From NCBI GenBank assembly GCA_028874995.1, contig JAPPGM010000147.1:4545-68544 (forward strand): DNA of 64,000 bases, given 5' to 3'. Origin of the DNA: Gemmatimonadota bacterium (lineage in GTDB: Bacteria > Gemmatimonadota > Gemmatimonadetes > Longimicrobiales > Gaopeijiaceae). Positions within the stretch are counted from its first letter, which is position 1. Every line of letters begins with the position of its first letter. The notes beneath the pieces were generated by a model. It had not been told where the DNA came from and made no database searches. It saw only the letters and a program-made list of their open reading frames with translations. The position numbers and the translations under genes were made by a program. Shown here one piece after another: positions 26,170 to 34,455 of the stretch.

Positions 26170-27546
26170 CTACCGCTTTCCGCCGTCCTTTGTTTCCTGG
26201 TCCTGGGCCATCGCCTCGCGCCTGGCCACCTCGGCCGCGTACTGCTCCTCGGTCAGGTACGTCACGTCGACCCACGCATGGGCCATCTCGTCCACGGTCC
26301 GGTCACCCCACCCCACCCACTGCGTGTGATCGGGATTGTTGGGGTTCTCGGGAGTGTTGTCGTGCCACGCCGTGAAGGCGAGCGTCGTGCCCGCGGGGAG
26401 CAGCGGCGCAGCGTGGTCGGCGTAGATGTAGTTGACGTGCCATTGCCACTGGAAGTTGTTGACTTGGCTGAGGATCTCCTTGCGGCCGTCCGGATAGAAG
26501 GCCGCCATGGACATCGCCTTGCCCCGCATGTGCATGTGCGGCTGGAAGTTCTCCAGGCGCGCCGGCCATCGGAGGGTGTAGAAGTCCTGGGTGACAGCGA
26601 TCTTGCCCGGCGCGATGTCCAGCCCGTCGCCGGTGGCGTTGAACATCCGCAGGCGGGTCCGGTTCCGGGGCACCTCACCCTTCGGATAGAACCAGAGGCC
26701 GAGTTCGACGTAGCTGTCCTCGACCTCTCGGCCGATCGCGTGATAGTGCACCTCCCAGCTGATCCTGGACCCCGGGAGCATCAGCTTGCCGGCCCCGTCG
26801 GGAAAGATCTCGCCGACCTTTCCGACGGCCCATTCCATGAAGAGTCCCGGGCCGCCCATGGAACGGCTGCTGGTCGCGAGCGCGGCCGTCTCTTCACTCA
26901 TCTCGTCCGGATCCTCCTGCTGAACCAGGAAGGCGAGGGTATGGTGCACGACGCGCCGCCCGTCCGGCCAGGAAGGACGGATCTCGATGGCCTTGACCCA
27001 CCGCTCCTCGGTCAGTCCGGTCTCCGTCAGGGGACGGAACCACTTGTCCTGCGTCTGAGCGGCCAGCGTGTAGGGGTCGGATCGCACGACAAGGTCCGGC
27101 TCCCTGCCGAACGTCTCCTTGAACTGCCATTCGCTGCCGTCGGGGAAATCGGGCGTGGGCGGAAGGTCCGCCTCGTCGCCAAAGGGCATGTCACCGTCGA
27201 GCCAGGCGACCAGCGTCTCCAGCTCCTCGTCGGTCAGACCCCGGTCGTTCTTGAACTCCTGGATCCCCACCGACCGGTCGATATGCCACGGGGGCATGAT
27301 CCGCTGCGACACCTTTTCCCGGATCCTGGGCGCGTAGCGCTTGACTGCGTCGAAGGTCATGAGCGACATGGGCGCGATCGAGCCGGGCTGGTGGCAGACC
27401 TGGCAGTTCTGCTGCAGGATGGGCGCCACGTCCCTGGCGTAGGTCAGCTCCTCCTGTGCTGCGGCCGGATCCGGACGAGCCGTGATCGCGCACGCGAGCA
27501 CGAGAGACATGGTTGCCGGTCCGCGAATGAGACTGTTACTGCGCAT
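26170..27546 (-). CDS. Exported cytochrome c domain fused to a PHM/DBH-like (copper type II ascorbate-dependent monooxygenase fold) domain
   Basis: Start at ATG 27546 (MRSNSLIRGPATMSLVLACAITA). Heme motif DVAPILQQNCQVCHQPG. Candidate Cu ligand motifs in PHM order: VVHHTLAF, WEVHYHAIG, FQPHMHMRG, VDEMAHAW. Confidence 0.7.
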   Translation of the reverse strand: MRSNSLIRGPATMSLVLACAITARPDPAAAQEELTYARDVAPILQQNCQVCHQPGSIAPMSLMTFDAVKRYAPRIREKVSQRIMPPWHIDRSVGIQEFKNDRGLTDEELETLVAWLDGDMPFGDEADLPPTPDFPDGSEWQFKETFGREPDLVVRSDPYTLAAQTQDKWFRPLTETGLTEERWVKAIEIRPSWPDGRRVVHHTLAFLVQQEDPDEMSEETAALATSSRSMGGPGLFMEWAVGKVGEIFPDGAGKLMLPGSRISWEVHYHAIGREVEDSYVELGLWFYPKGEVPRNRTRLRMFNATGDGLDIAPGKIAVTQDFYTLRWPARLENFQPHMHMRGKAMSMAAFYPDGRKEILSQVNNFQWQWHVNYIYADHAAPLLPAGTTLAFTAWHDNTPENPNNPDHTQWVGWGDRTVDEMAHAWVDVTYLTEEQYAAEVARREAMAQDQETKDGGKR

Positions 27547-27563
27547 GCGATTCCTCCTAAGCG

Positions 27564-28400
27564 TCAGTGAATGACGTTGACTCTCACGAATCCGTTGGTC
27601 CAGCAGCACTGGGCGTGTCCCCCGCTCGAGACGCCGGACGAGTCGTTTGCGCGAACGCGAACCACGTATTCACCCGGTCCTTCAAAGGTGGCCATGGTCG
27701 TCATGGCGCCGCCATCGACCGGGACCTCGCCGCTTTCCTCGCTGAAGGTGACGTCGCCGGGCCCAAGGTGCTTGAACCACCTCAAGGCCACCGACGATTG
27801 CGGGCGCCGCCCGATACGGACCCGCCCGTCGTCGCTTCCCCAAACGGTCAGCTCCACGGGTATCCCCGCCCTGGCTTCGATCGGTCCACCCCAGGTTCCG
27901 GCTGGACCCGCACCCTCCGTCGCACCCTCGTCGAAGGACAGAACCGGCGGCGTGTTGCCCGCCGACGCCTCGCCCTCCAGCGCGTCGATCTGCCAGTCCA
28001 CGTGGAGGGTCCCCGGGATCGAGTCGCGCTGACCGCGGAAATCGATGGTCCACACGACCGCCTGGTCGCCGAAGTCGGCCGGGACCTTGACCGCGAAGAC
28101 GCCCCAGTGCCGCCTCGGGTGGAAGCGCGTGGGCTGCGTGCCGTTGTAGTCCGCGGGCTCCAGGTGGTTGGCGGAACCGTGCGGCAGTTCGACGATCTCT
28201 TCGAAGTTGCGGTTGTAGTAGCCGAAGGAGAGGCTGAAGGTGCCGTCGGGGTTCCTGTACCAGCCTTCGAAGACCGGTGTGACGGTGAGTCCGTTGGCGG
28301 TGCGGATGCCGAGAGGGACCTGGGAGGTGGCGGGGTTGGAGGTTGCCGGGCCGAGGGCGACGGCGGCGGCTGCCGTGAGGACGAGACGGTGTCTTGACAT
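27564..28400 (-). CDS. Secreted hypothetical protein, operon partner of the cytochrome/monooxygenase gene
   Basis: I take the start at ATG 28400 (MSRHRLVLTAAAAVALGPA signal). 278 aa, beta-rich, with the C-terminal motif GGHAQCCWTNGFVRVNV. Its stop lies 18 nt before the next start. Confidence 0.6.
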   Translation of the reverse strand: MSRHRLVLTAAAAVALGPATSNPATSQVPLGIRTANGLTVTPVFEGWYRNPDGTFSLSFGYYNRNFEEIVELPHGSANHLEPADYNGTQPTRFHPRRHWGVFAVKVPADFGDQAVVWTIDFRGQRDSIPGTLHVDWQIDALEGEASAGNTPPVLSFDEGATEGAGPAGTWGGPIEARAGIPVELTVWGSDDGRVRIGRRPQSSVALRWFKHLGPGDVTFSEESGEVPVDGGAMTTMATFEGPGEYVVRVRANDSSGVSSGGHAQCCWTNGFVRVNVIH

Positions 28401-28506
28401 GGCGCGCGGGGAGATGGGGAACTGACTGACATTAAGGTGTCGGGGGTTCTGGCGCAAAGCACTTGGCATAGGGCGAACTTCCGAGTCAGCCATTCGGCAA
28501 CATGGA

Positions 28507-28535
28507 AACTATAGTTTACATATTGTCAACTATAG
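28507..28535. promoter_or_regulatory. AT-rich island with direct repeat AACTATAG x2 at 21-bp spacing; candidate promoter or operator
   Basis: ggaAACTATAGtttacatattgtcAACTATAGatg lies about 107-135 nt upstream of the 28400 start, in a roughly 45-bp AT-rich patch. The first copy is part of the palindrome AACTATAGTT. A related cttTATAGTTgtt lies 61-67 nt upstream of the 6835 start. Confidence 0.3.
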
Positions 28536-28572
28536 ATGTCCTCAAGTCGGAAACGGCGCGCTCCCTCCCTGG

Positions 28573-29961
28573 CTACCTCACCAGGTGCAACTCGGTCTGC
28601 CGTCTGAGCATCCACCGTATCTCCCCGTCCGCCGTGATCTCGGCCTCCTCCTCCTGGGCCATGCGCACGGGCTGCCCGTCCCATTCGGGCACCGGAGTCG
28701 TGACCTGCAGCTCCGTGGAAAACCACATGCTGGGGATCACGAACGGGTCCCCCCGACCCGGGACGCCCGTCTGGTAGTCCCACAGTCCAATCAAGGGACC
28801 CGCGCCGTGACCGTGGTCGCCGATGGGATGCGTATACATCGTACCGTTTAACCCTTCTGCCCTCATCCTCTCCAGCACGATGGCGAGGATCTCGTTGCCG
28901 CTCCGGCCCACCTTCGTCTCCTCCAGCAGGATATCCTGCAGGCGGTTCGAGTTGGCAAGTGCCTGGCGCAATCCCGCGGGGGCCTCCATCTCGCCCTCGC
29001 GCAGCACGTAGGCCATGTGCTGCGTGTCGGTCGTGAGACCCAGTGCGACGAGCCCGAAATCGCAATGGAGCACGTCGCCCCGCTCGATCACCGGCGCGAC
29101 CACACCCGCCATTGACTCGCCCCGGCGCTGCACCGACACCGACGGCTGGAACCACGAGCCGAGACCCATGTCATGCACCCGCTGCCGCATCCACCACACC
29201 ACGTCGGCGGTCGTCGTGCGGCCCGGCTCGATGACCACGTCCGAGAACGCCGTCGCGATGATCTCGTGCACGATCGCCTGCATCTTGCGGTAGACCGGGG
29301 TCATGGCGGGGACGCGCATCGCCAGGTATTCGATCGCCAGCAGTGGCTCCCGCACCACGCGCCCCACCAGCTCGGGGCCGAGCGCTTCCTCCATCTGTTC
29401 CCACTCACCGGCGCTGAGCCCGTCGGCGAAATTGTGGTCGTGTGAGATGTTGACGGCGATCCGCTCCGGGTCGCGCTCGCGCACCATGTCCGCGAAGAGG
29501 TTCCACTGGTCCTTGCCCCAGAGTTCGGCCGCGCGGCCGTCGGGAGCCTGCACGGTGGCGCGCACGGCCTCGTAGACGCCCCCTTGCGAGCTGCCGCCCA
29601 GCGCCAGCCGCTCCACTCCCTCGTCCGGGCCGCGGTCGTGGAAGATGTAGATCGTGCGGCGGCGGGCGGCGAAGGTCGTGGGCGAGACCAGGGCGCGGAA
29701 GACGGGGTCCTCGTTGTATTCGCGCATGGTGACGACCCACATGTCCACGTTGTGCTTGCGCATCAGCATCGGGAGGTTCTTCTCGAGCCGCTCCTGCAGC
29801 CACGCCTGCTGTGTGCGGGCTTGTTCGCGCAGGGTGCCGAAGGGGCGTTCGGGGCGGTAGTCGCGGGTTTGGGCGTGGAGGGGAGTGGTGGAGAGGACGA
29901 GCAGGGCCGCCACCAACAGGCGGGCGGGCCAGCGGACGCGAGGTCGGATCGAATCTGTCAT
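28573..29961 (-). CDS. M24-family Xaa-Pro aminopeptidase-like metallopeptidase (exported)
   Basis: Start at ATG 29961 (MTDSIRPRVRWPARLLVAALLVLSTTPLHAQ). Pita-bread fold motifs VLHCDFG, HPIGDHGHGAGP and FSTELQV. Confidence 0.8.
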   Translation of the reverse strand: MTDSIRPRVRWPARLLVAALLVLSTTPLHAQTRDYRPERPFGTLREQARTQQAWLQERLEKNLPMLMRKHNVDMWVVTMREYNEDPVFRALVSPTTFAARRRTIYIFHDRGPDEGVERLALGGSSQGGVYEAVRATVQAPDGRAAELWGKDQWNLFADMVRERDPERIAVNISHDHNFADGLSAGEWEQMEEALGPELVGRVVREPLLAIEYLAMRVPAMTPVYRKMQAIVHEIIATAFSDVVIEPGRTTTADVVWWMRQRVHDMGLGSWFQPSVSVQRRGESMAGVVAPVIERGDVLHCDFGLVALGLTTDTQHMAYVLREGEMEAPAGLRQALANSNRLQDILLEETKVGRSGNEILAIVLERMRAEGLNGTMYTHPIGDHGHGAGPLIGLWDYQTGVPGRGDPFVIPSMWFSTELQVTTPVPEWDGQPVRMAQEEEAEITADGEIRWMLRRQTELHLVR

Positions 29962-29971
29962 GGCTATCTCA

Positions 29972-30514
29972 CTAGTCTGACTGGTCATGTACACCTGAGC
30001 GGAGGAGTTCGAGGACCTCGGCAAGAATCGCCTTGCCCTTGTCGCGTGCGTAGAAGCGGCGGGTTTCGGCGTAGCGCGGGCCGGGTTCCATCTTCATGCC
30101 TTCCTCCATCACCCACTTCTGGAGTCGGCTGGGCCGCGGACCCCACCAGCCGCGTTCCCGAAAGTCCTCGTCGTAGAGGATGACCACGGGGATCGAACGG
30201 CTGCGGCCGGTGAGATGCGCGTCCATGATGTCCAGATTCTCATCGCGGGAAAGGACCCGCAACTCGACGTTGGGGAGCGCCTCGGTGAAGCGGGCGACCA
30301 CGGGAAGGATGTTCACGGCGTCGCCGCACCAGTCCTCGCTCAGGGCGAGCAGGTGCCAGGTGCCGGGGAGCGCGCGGGCCTCGGCGACGACGGCGTCCGG
30401 GACTCGGGCGCGGCGATACACGCCTCGCCAGAGCGACTCGTTCTCTTGGACGGTCTCCAAGTAGGCGGGGAAGGAGAGGGCGGACTCGAAACGATCACGC
30501 ATGGGTGGGTGCAT
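29972..30514 (-). CDS. Thioredoxin-fold family protein
   Basis: Start at ATG 30514 (MHPPMRDRF...), 180 aa. LLALSEDWCGDAVNILPVVARF and IPVVILYDEDF are typical of the thioredoxin-like (Thioredoxin_9-type) family. The track N-extension is not credible. Confidence 0.7.
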   Translation of the reverse strand: MHPPMRDRFESALSFPAYLETVQENESLWRGVYRRARVPDAVVAEARALPGTWHLLALSEDWCGDAVNILPVVARFTEALPNVELRVLSRDENLDIMDAHLTGRSRSIPVVILYDEDFRERGWWGPRPSRLQKWVMEEGMKMEPGPRYAETRRFYARDKGKAILAEVLELLRSGVHDQSD

Positions 30515-30653
30515 GCCTGTTTGGAGTGTTGGGTAACGGGGGATGCGAAGCCGTCGCGGTCCCGCCGGCCGCCCCGGAGGGGGATTGTCGCAACGTTTGG
30601 TATCCGAGGACGCCGCGTCCGGCCCGGCCCGATCCCGTCTGGCACCCGTAAGG

Positions 30654-31538
30654 TCACCGACGGTTGCGACGGGGCCTGATCCCCGTGCGGAGCAACCCCT
30701 CCTGCGCCGCCGACGCGACGAGCTGCCCGTCCCGGGTATGGAAAGTTCCCCTCCCGAAGCCCCTGGCGCCATGGGTGACGGGGCTGTCGATCGAGTAGAG
30801 GAGCCAGTCGTCGGCGCGGAAGGGCCGGTGGAACCACATGGAGTGATCGAGCGAAGCCGCCATCAGGTCCTCGTCGCGCACCGTGCGCCCGTGCGGCTGC
30901 AGAGCGGTCGAGAGGATCCCGTAGTCCGACGCGTAGGCGAGCGCGGCCTGGTGGTGGACGAGGTTGTCGTCGAGCGCTCCCGAACTGCGGACCCAGATGT
31001 GGCGGAAGGGGGGATGGGTGGTGCGGTCGAGAAAGGTGAAGGGCTCGACGGGACGGGAATCCAGCGGGCGGTCCTGGGTCAGGATGTCCCGTAGATGAGC
31101 GGGGATCAGGTGGGCGTGCTCCCTCAGCATGTCGAGCTCGGAGGCGAGCTCCTCCGGCGGCGGAACGTCGGGCATGGGGCTTCGGTGGGACAAGCCGCTT
31201 TCCGTGCGGTGAAACGACGCCGACAGGGTGAAGATGGCCTTCCCGTGCTGGATCGCCGTGACCCGGCGGGTGGTGAAACTTCGCCCGTCGCGCGTGCGGT
31301 CCACGAAATAGACGACCGGGATGTCCAGGTCGCCCTCCAGGATGAAGTAGCCGTGCAGCGAGTGCGCGTCTCGGTCGGGATCGTCGATCGTGCGGCGGGC
31401 GGCGACCAGCGCCTGGGCCAGCACCTGTCCGCCGAAGATCCGGCCCGAACCGATGTCGCGGTTCTGGCCGCGATAGATGTTCCGCTCGATCGGTTCGAGA
31501 TCGAGAAGGGCGATCAGGGTGTCGGTGGAGTGGAGCAT
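30654..31538 (-). CDS. tesB: Acyl-CoA thioesterase II (double hotdog)
   Basis: MLHSTDTLIALLDLEPIERNIYRGQN...GRIFGGQVLAQAL...HSLHGYF...DHSMWFHRPFRADDWLLY...ARGFGRGTFHTRDGQLVASAAQEGL is the classical TesB pattern. Start chosen at M24 of the track ORF. Confidence 0.85.
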   Translation of the reverse strand: MLHSTDTLIALLDLEPIERNIYRGQNRDIGSGRIFGGQVLAQALVAARRTIDDPDRDAHSLHGYFILEGDLDIPVVYFVDRTRDGRSFTTRRVTAIQHGKAIFTLSASFHRTESGLSHRSPMPDVPPPEELASELDMLREHAHLIPAHLRDILTQDRPLDSRPVEPFTFLDRTTHPPFRHIWVRSSGALDDNLVHHQAALAYASDYGILSTALQPHGRTVRDEDLMAASLDHSMWFHRPFRADDWLLYSIDSPVTHGARGFGRGTFHTRDGQLVASAAQEGLLRTGIRPRRNRR

Positions 31539-31723
31539 GGGGATGAGGATAGTGATTTCGGGGGCGGGGTGGTACGGGGGGTGGCCCATACCGCGTGACG
31601 TACCCACCCACGCGGATTTTCAGGATCGGGGTACCCTGAGGGACGATGCCACGGTAATCTGAACACTCTCCTTCGTTCTCCTCGCATCCTCGTCACCCCG
31701 ACCCCTTGAGCAAACCCAAGTCC

Positions 31724-33412
31724 ATGTTGAGGCTGGCCCGCCCCTCCGCTGCCCTCCTCGCTGTCGCGGTCTTTGCACAGACGGCCTCCCATCCCGGTCC
31801 GGCGGCCTCCCCCACCGCGCCGGGCCGCGCCGAGACGACATCGCTCGGGGCCCGATTGCCGTTCACCGCGGCGCCTGCCACAGCATCCGACACCCTCGAC
31901 ATCCTCGAACTCACCGCCACCCAGGTCCACGACGACCTCCTCGCCGGCCGCTACACCATCACCGAACTCGTGCAGGCCTTCCTAGATCGCATCGCCCGCT
32001 ACGAGGACCACTACAACGCCTTCATCTCGATGAACCCCAAGGCGCTGGCCATCGCGGCCGCCCTCGACGAGGAACTCCGCGCGTCGGGTCCGCGCGGCCC
32101 CCTGCATGGCGTCCCGGTCGTCATCAAGGACAACCTCGACTACGCGGGCCTGGTCACCACGGCGGGGTTCGACGGGTTCAGCGCCGCCACGGGAGGCGTC
32201 GACATGATCCCCGGAGACGACGCGGCCGCCGTGGAGCGCCTGAGGGCCGCCGGCGCGGTCATCCTGGGAAAGACCAACATGCCGGACTTCGCGGGGCACG
32301 GCACGCGCACCCTCAGCTCGGTCGCGGGCGAGACCCTGAACCCCTATGCGGTCGACCGGGTTCCGGGCGGATCGAGCGGTGGCACGGCGACGGCGGTGAA
32401 CGCCAGCTTTGCGGTGCTGGGGCTCGGCACGGAGACCGGCGGTTCGATCCAGAACCCGGCGGCTGCCCAGGCGCTGGTGGGCTTCAAGCCGACCTTCGGG
32501 CTGGTTCCGCTGGAAGGCGTACTTCCCATGGATGCCACCTACCGGGACGTGGTCGGCCCGCTGGCGCGCACCGTTCGAGACGCGGCGCTGGTTCTCGACG
32601 TCATCGTGGGTCCCACGCCCGAGGACCTGGCCACCTACGCCGCAACCGAGCACATCCCGGAGGAGGGCTACGCGGTCGGGCTGACCACCACTGCGCTCGA
32701 GGGCAGGCGCTTCGGGCTCGTGGGTGCGGGATGGCGCGATTCCTTCCTGCCGCTGGCGGCGGAAACCGAGGCGCTGTACGCGGATGCCATCGCGGCGCTC
32801 GAGGCCGAAGGCGCCGAGGTGGTCGAGGATCCGTTCGCCGGGCGCGGGTGGGTCGAACTGTACGGGGAGCGCCCCGGGGTGCGTTCGGTGGGGACGCACG
32901 GCCTTCTGGTCTACCTGCGCGGACTCGGCCCGCAGGCGGCCTTCCACACCATCGAGGAGTGGGAGGCACTGTCGGGGAGGGCGTTTCGCGGCGGACGGGG
33001 GCCCCGCACTCCGGCGGCGCCCACGGCGACCGAGGAGGGGGACGCCTTCCAGGCATGGCGCATGGAGATGCGCGCCCTCTTCCGCGAGGTCCTCGCGGCC
33101 CACGAACTCGACGGACTCTTCTTCCCCCAGGCCGGCGAACCCATCCGGCCGCTCGTCGAGGATCCCGAGCGCCCCGAATACCGGCCCAACAACCACGCCG
33201 AGCTCCCGAGCAACATCATCAACGACATTGGCTTGCCGACCGTCACGGTTCCGTTCGCCTACTACGACGACGGTACCCCCTTCGTGCTCGCCCTTATAGG
33301 AGATCTTTGGAGCGACGCGGATCTGCTGGCCTGGGCGTACGACCTGGAGCAGGCGACGATGGCCCGGGTGGCGCCGGTCCTCACCGAGAAGCATGGCTCT
33401 GGTGATTGGTGA
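31724..33412 (+). CDS. Amidase-signature family amidase (exported)
   Basis: Signal MLRLARPSAALLAVAVFAQ. Motifs PLHGVPVVIKDN, GGSSGGTATAV and GTETGGSIQNPAA (Ser-cisSer-Lys triad context). Confidence 0.85.
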   Translation: MLRLARPSAALLAVAVFAQTASHPGPAASPTAPGRAETTSLGARLPFTAAPATASDTLDILELTATQVHDDLLAGRYTITELVQAFLDRIARYEDHYNAFISMNPKALAIAAALDEELRASGPRGPLHGVPVVIKDNLDYAGLVTTAGFDGFSAATGGVDMIPGDDAAAVERLRAAGAVILGKTNMPDFAGHGTRTLSSVAGETLNPYAVDRVPGGSSGGTATAVNASFAVLGLGTETGGSIQNPAAAQALVGFKPTFGLVPLEGVLPMDATYRDVVGPLARTVRDAALVLDVIVGPTPEDLATYAATEHIPEEGYAVGLTTTALEGRRFGLVGAGWRDSFLPLAAETEALYADAIAALEAEGAEVVEDPFAGRGWVELYGERPGVRSVGTHGLLVYLRGLGPQAAFHTIEEWEALSGRAFRGGRGPRTPAAPTATEEGDAFQAWRMEMRALFREVLAAHELDGLFFPQAGEPIRPLVEDPERPEYRPNNHAELPSNIINDIGLPTVTVPFAYYDDGTPFVLALIGDLWSDADLLAWAYDLEQATMARVAPVLTEKHGSGDW

Positions 33413-33438
33413 GATAAACCGGTTAGCTTGGGACAGGT

Positions 33439-33467
33439 CTGCAACGCCAAAGGCTACCACGTTGCAG
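33439..33467 (+). terminator. Rho-independent-type terminator after the amidase gene
   Basis: CTGCAACG-13 nt-CGTTGCAG followed by TTTGG, 27 nt after the stop codon. Confidence 0.5.
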
Positions 33468-33660
33468 TTTGGCCGGAATCGACATTCCAGCGCCCGATCC
33501 TCGGGGCGTTATTGAATGCGCGGCTCCGGGAAAGTCCCGGATTCGGGGCAAACCGGTCCTGCACGCGGGAGCGCCAGGGCGACAGGCAGGAGTGGACGAT
33601 GATGCGGACGAAAGAGCACGACGGTCGGTTGGGGGTTGCACTGTCCAGGGGTTCAATGCC

Positions 33661-34254
33661 GTGAGCGCGGAACTCATCGCTGTCCTGGGCGTTGGGGTGG
33701 CCTTGGCGGGGCTGAACTGGCGGATGAGCAGCGTGCTGCGTCGGGAGATGGGAACGTTACGGGCGAACACCCGAAACGACCTTACGGGTCTTCGCGAGGA
33801 GATGCGCTCCGAGATTAGGGGTCTTCGCGAGGAGATGCGGACCGAAATTGCGGGTCTTCGCGAGGAGATGCACACGGAGATTGCCGCGGTGCGCTCTGAG
33901 ATCGCGGGTCTTCGCGAGGAGATGCGGACCGAGAGCGGAGGTTTGCGCGAGGAGATGCGCTCCGAGATCACAGGGCTTCGGGACGAAATCGCGTCTTTGC
34001 GCCGGGACTTCGGCGCAGAATTCACTGTCCTTCGCGGCGAAATCGCGGGCTTGCGCACGGAGTTCAAGGGCGAGTTGGTCGCACTTCGGGGGGAGTTCCG
34101 CGAAGACATGTCGGAGTTTCGCGCCGAGACGCGGACCAGCATTGCGGGTGTGAGGACCGAGATGAGTGAGGGATTCCGCCAGCTGGATGTGCGCCTTCGC
34201 TTCCTGGAGGAACATTTCTTCCTGGACCAGTCCGCGAAGCAGGCGTCGGCCTGA
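33661..34254 (+). CDS. N-terminally anchored coiled-coil protein built from 11-residue (hendecad) repeats
   Basis: I infer a GTG start at 33661 (VSAELIAVLGVGVALAGLNW TM segment). The rest is repeats GLREEMRSEIR/GLREEMRTEIA/GLREEMHTEIA and so on, degenerating into LRGEIAGLRTEFKGELVALRGEFREDMSEFRAETR. The antisense 279-aa ORF is a repeat artefact. Confidence 0.6.
   Translation: MSAELIAVLGVGVALAGLNWRMSSVLRREMGTLRANTRNDLTGLREEMRSEIRGLREEMRTEIAGLREEMHTEIAAVRSEIAGLREEMRTESGGLREEMRSEITGLRDEIASLRRDFGAEFTVLRGEIAGLRTEFKGELVALRGEFREDMSEFRAETRTSIAGVRTEMSEGFRQLDVRLRFLEEHFFLDQSAKQASA
33787..33993. repeat. In-frame 33-bp tandem repeats (ggtcttcgcgaggagatgcg.Nccgag...)
   Basis: There are five near-identical 33-bp units plus shorter 21-bp variants. 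More degenerate copies continue to about 34180. Confidence 0.85.
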
Positions 34255-34455
34255 CATTGCATCCGGGCCGGCGACCGTCACCGGCTTGCAGTCACGAAGG
34301 TCTTTTCTTCGGCTGCGCTCCACCCGGCTGCGCCCTTGCGCCGGACCATCACCGCTCGCAGTCTCCCGCGTGCGATCCCCGGCCGCTCACCTGACGCGCC
34401 AGGAGCGGCCTCTAACAACCTGCAGCGCCGGCAACCCCGGGTAAGGCACCCTGCA

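Noticed and set aside
33787-33993. Regular 33-bp repeats considered as a possible CRISPR array
   Set aside because: The repeats are directly adjacent with no unique spacers. They are in frame within a coding sequence (GLREEMR.EI. units), and no cas genes are nearby.
33423-34262. The 279-aa antisense ORF across the repeat region
   Set aside because: It is a Ser/Arg/Pro-rich mirror image created by the repeat periodicity. The sense frame has a TM anchor and coherent amphipathic heptad/hendecad chemistry.
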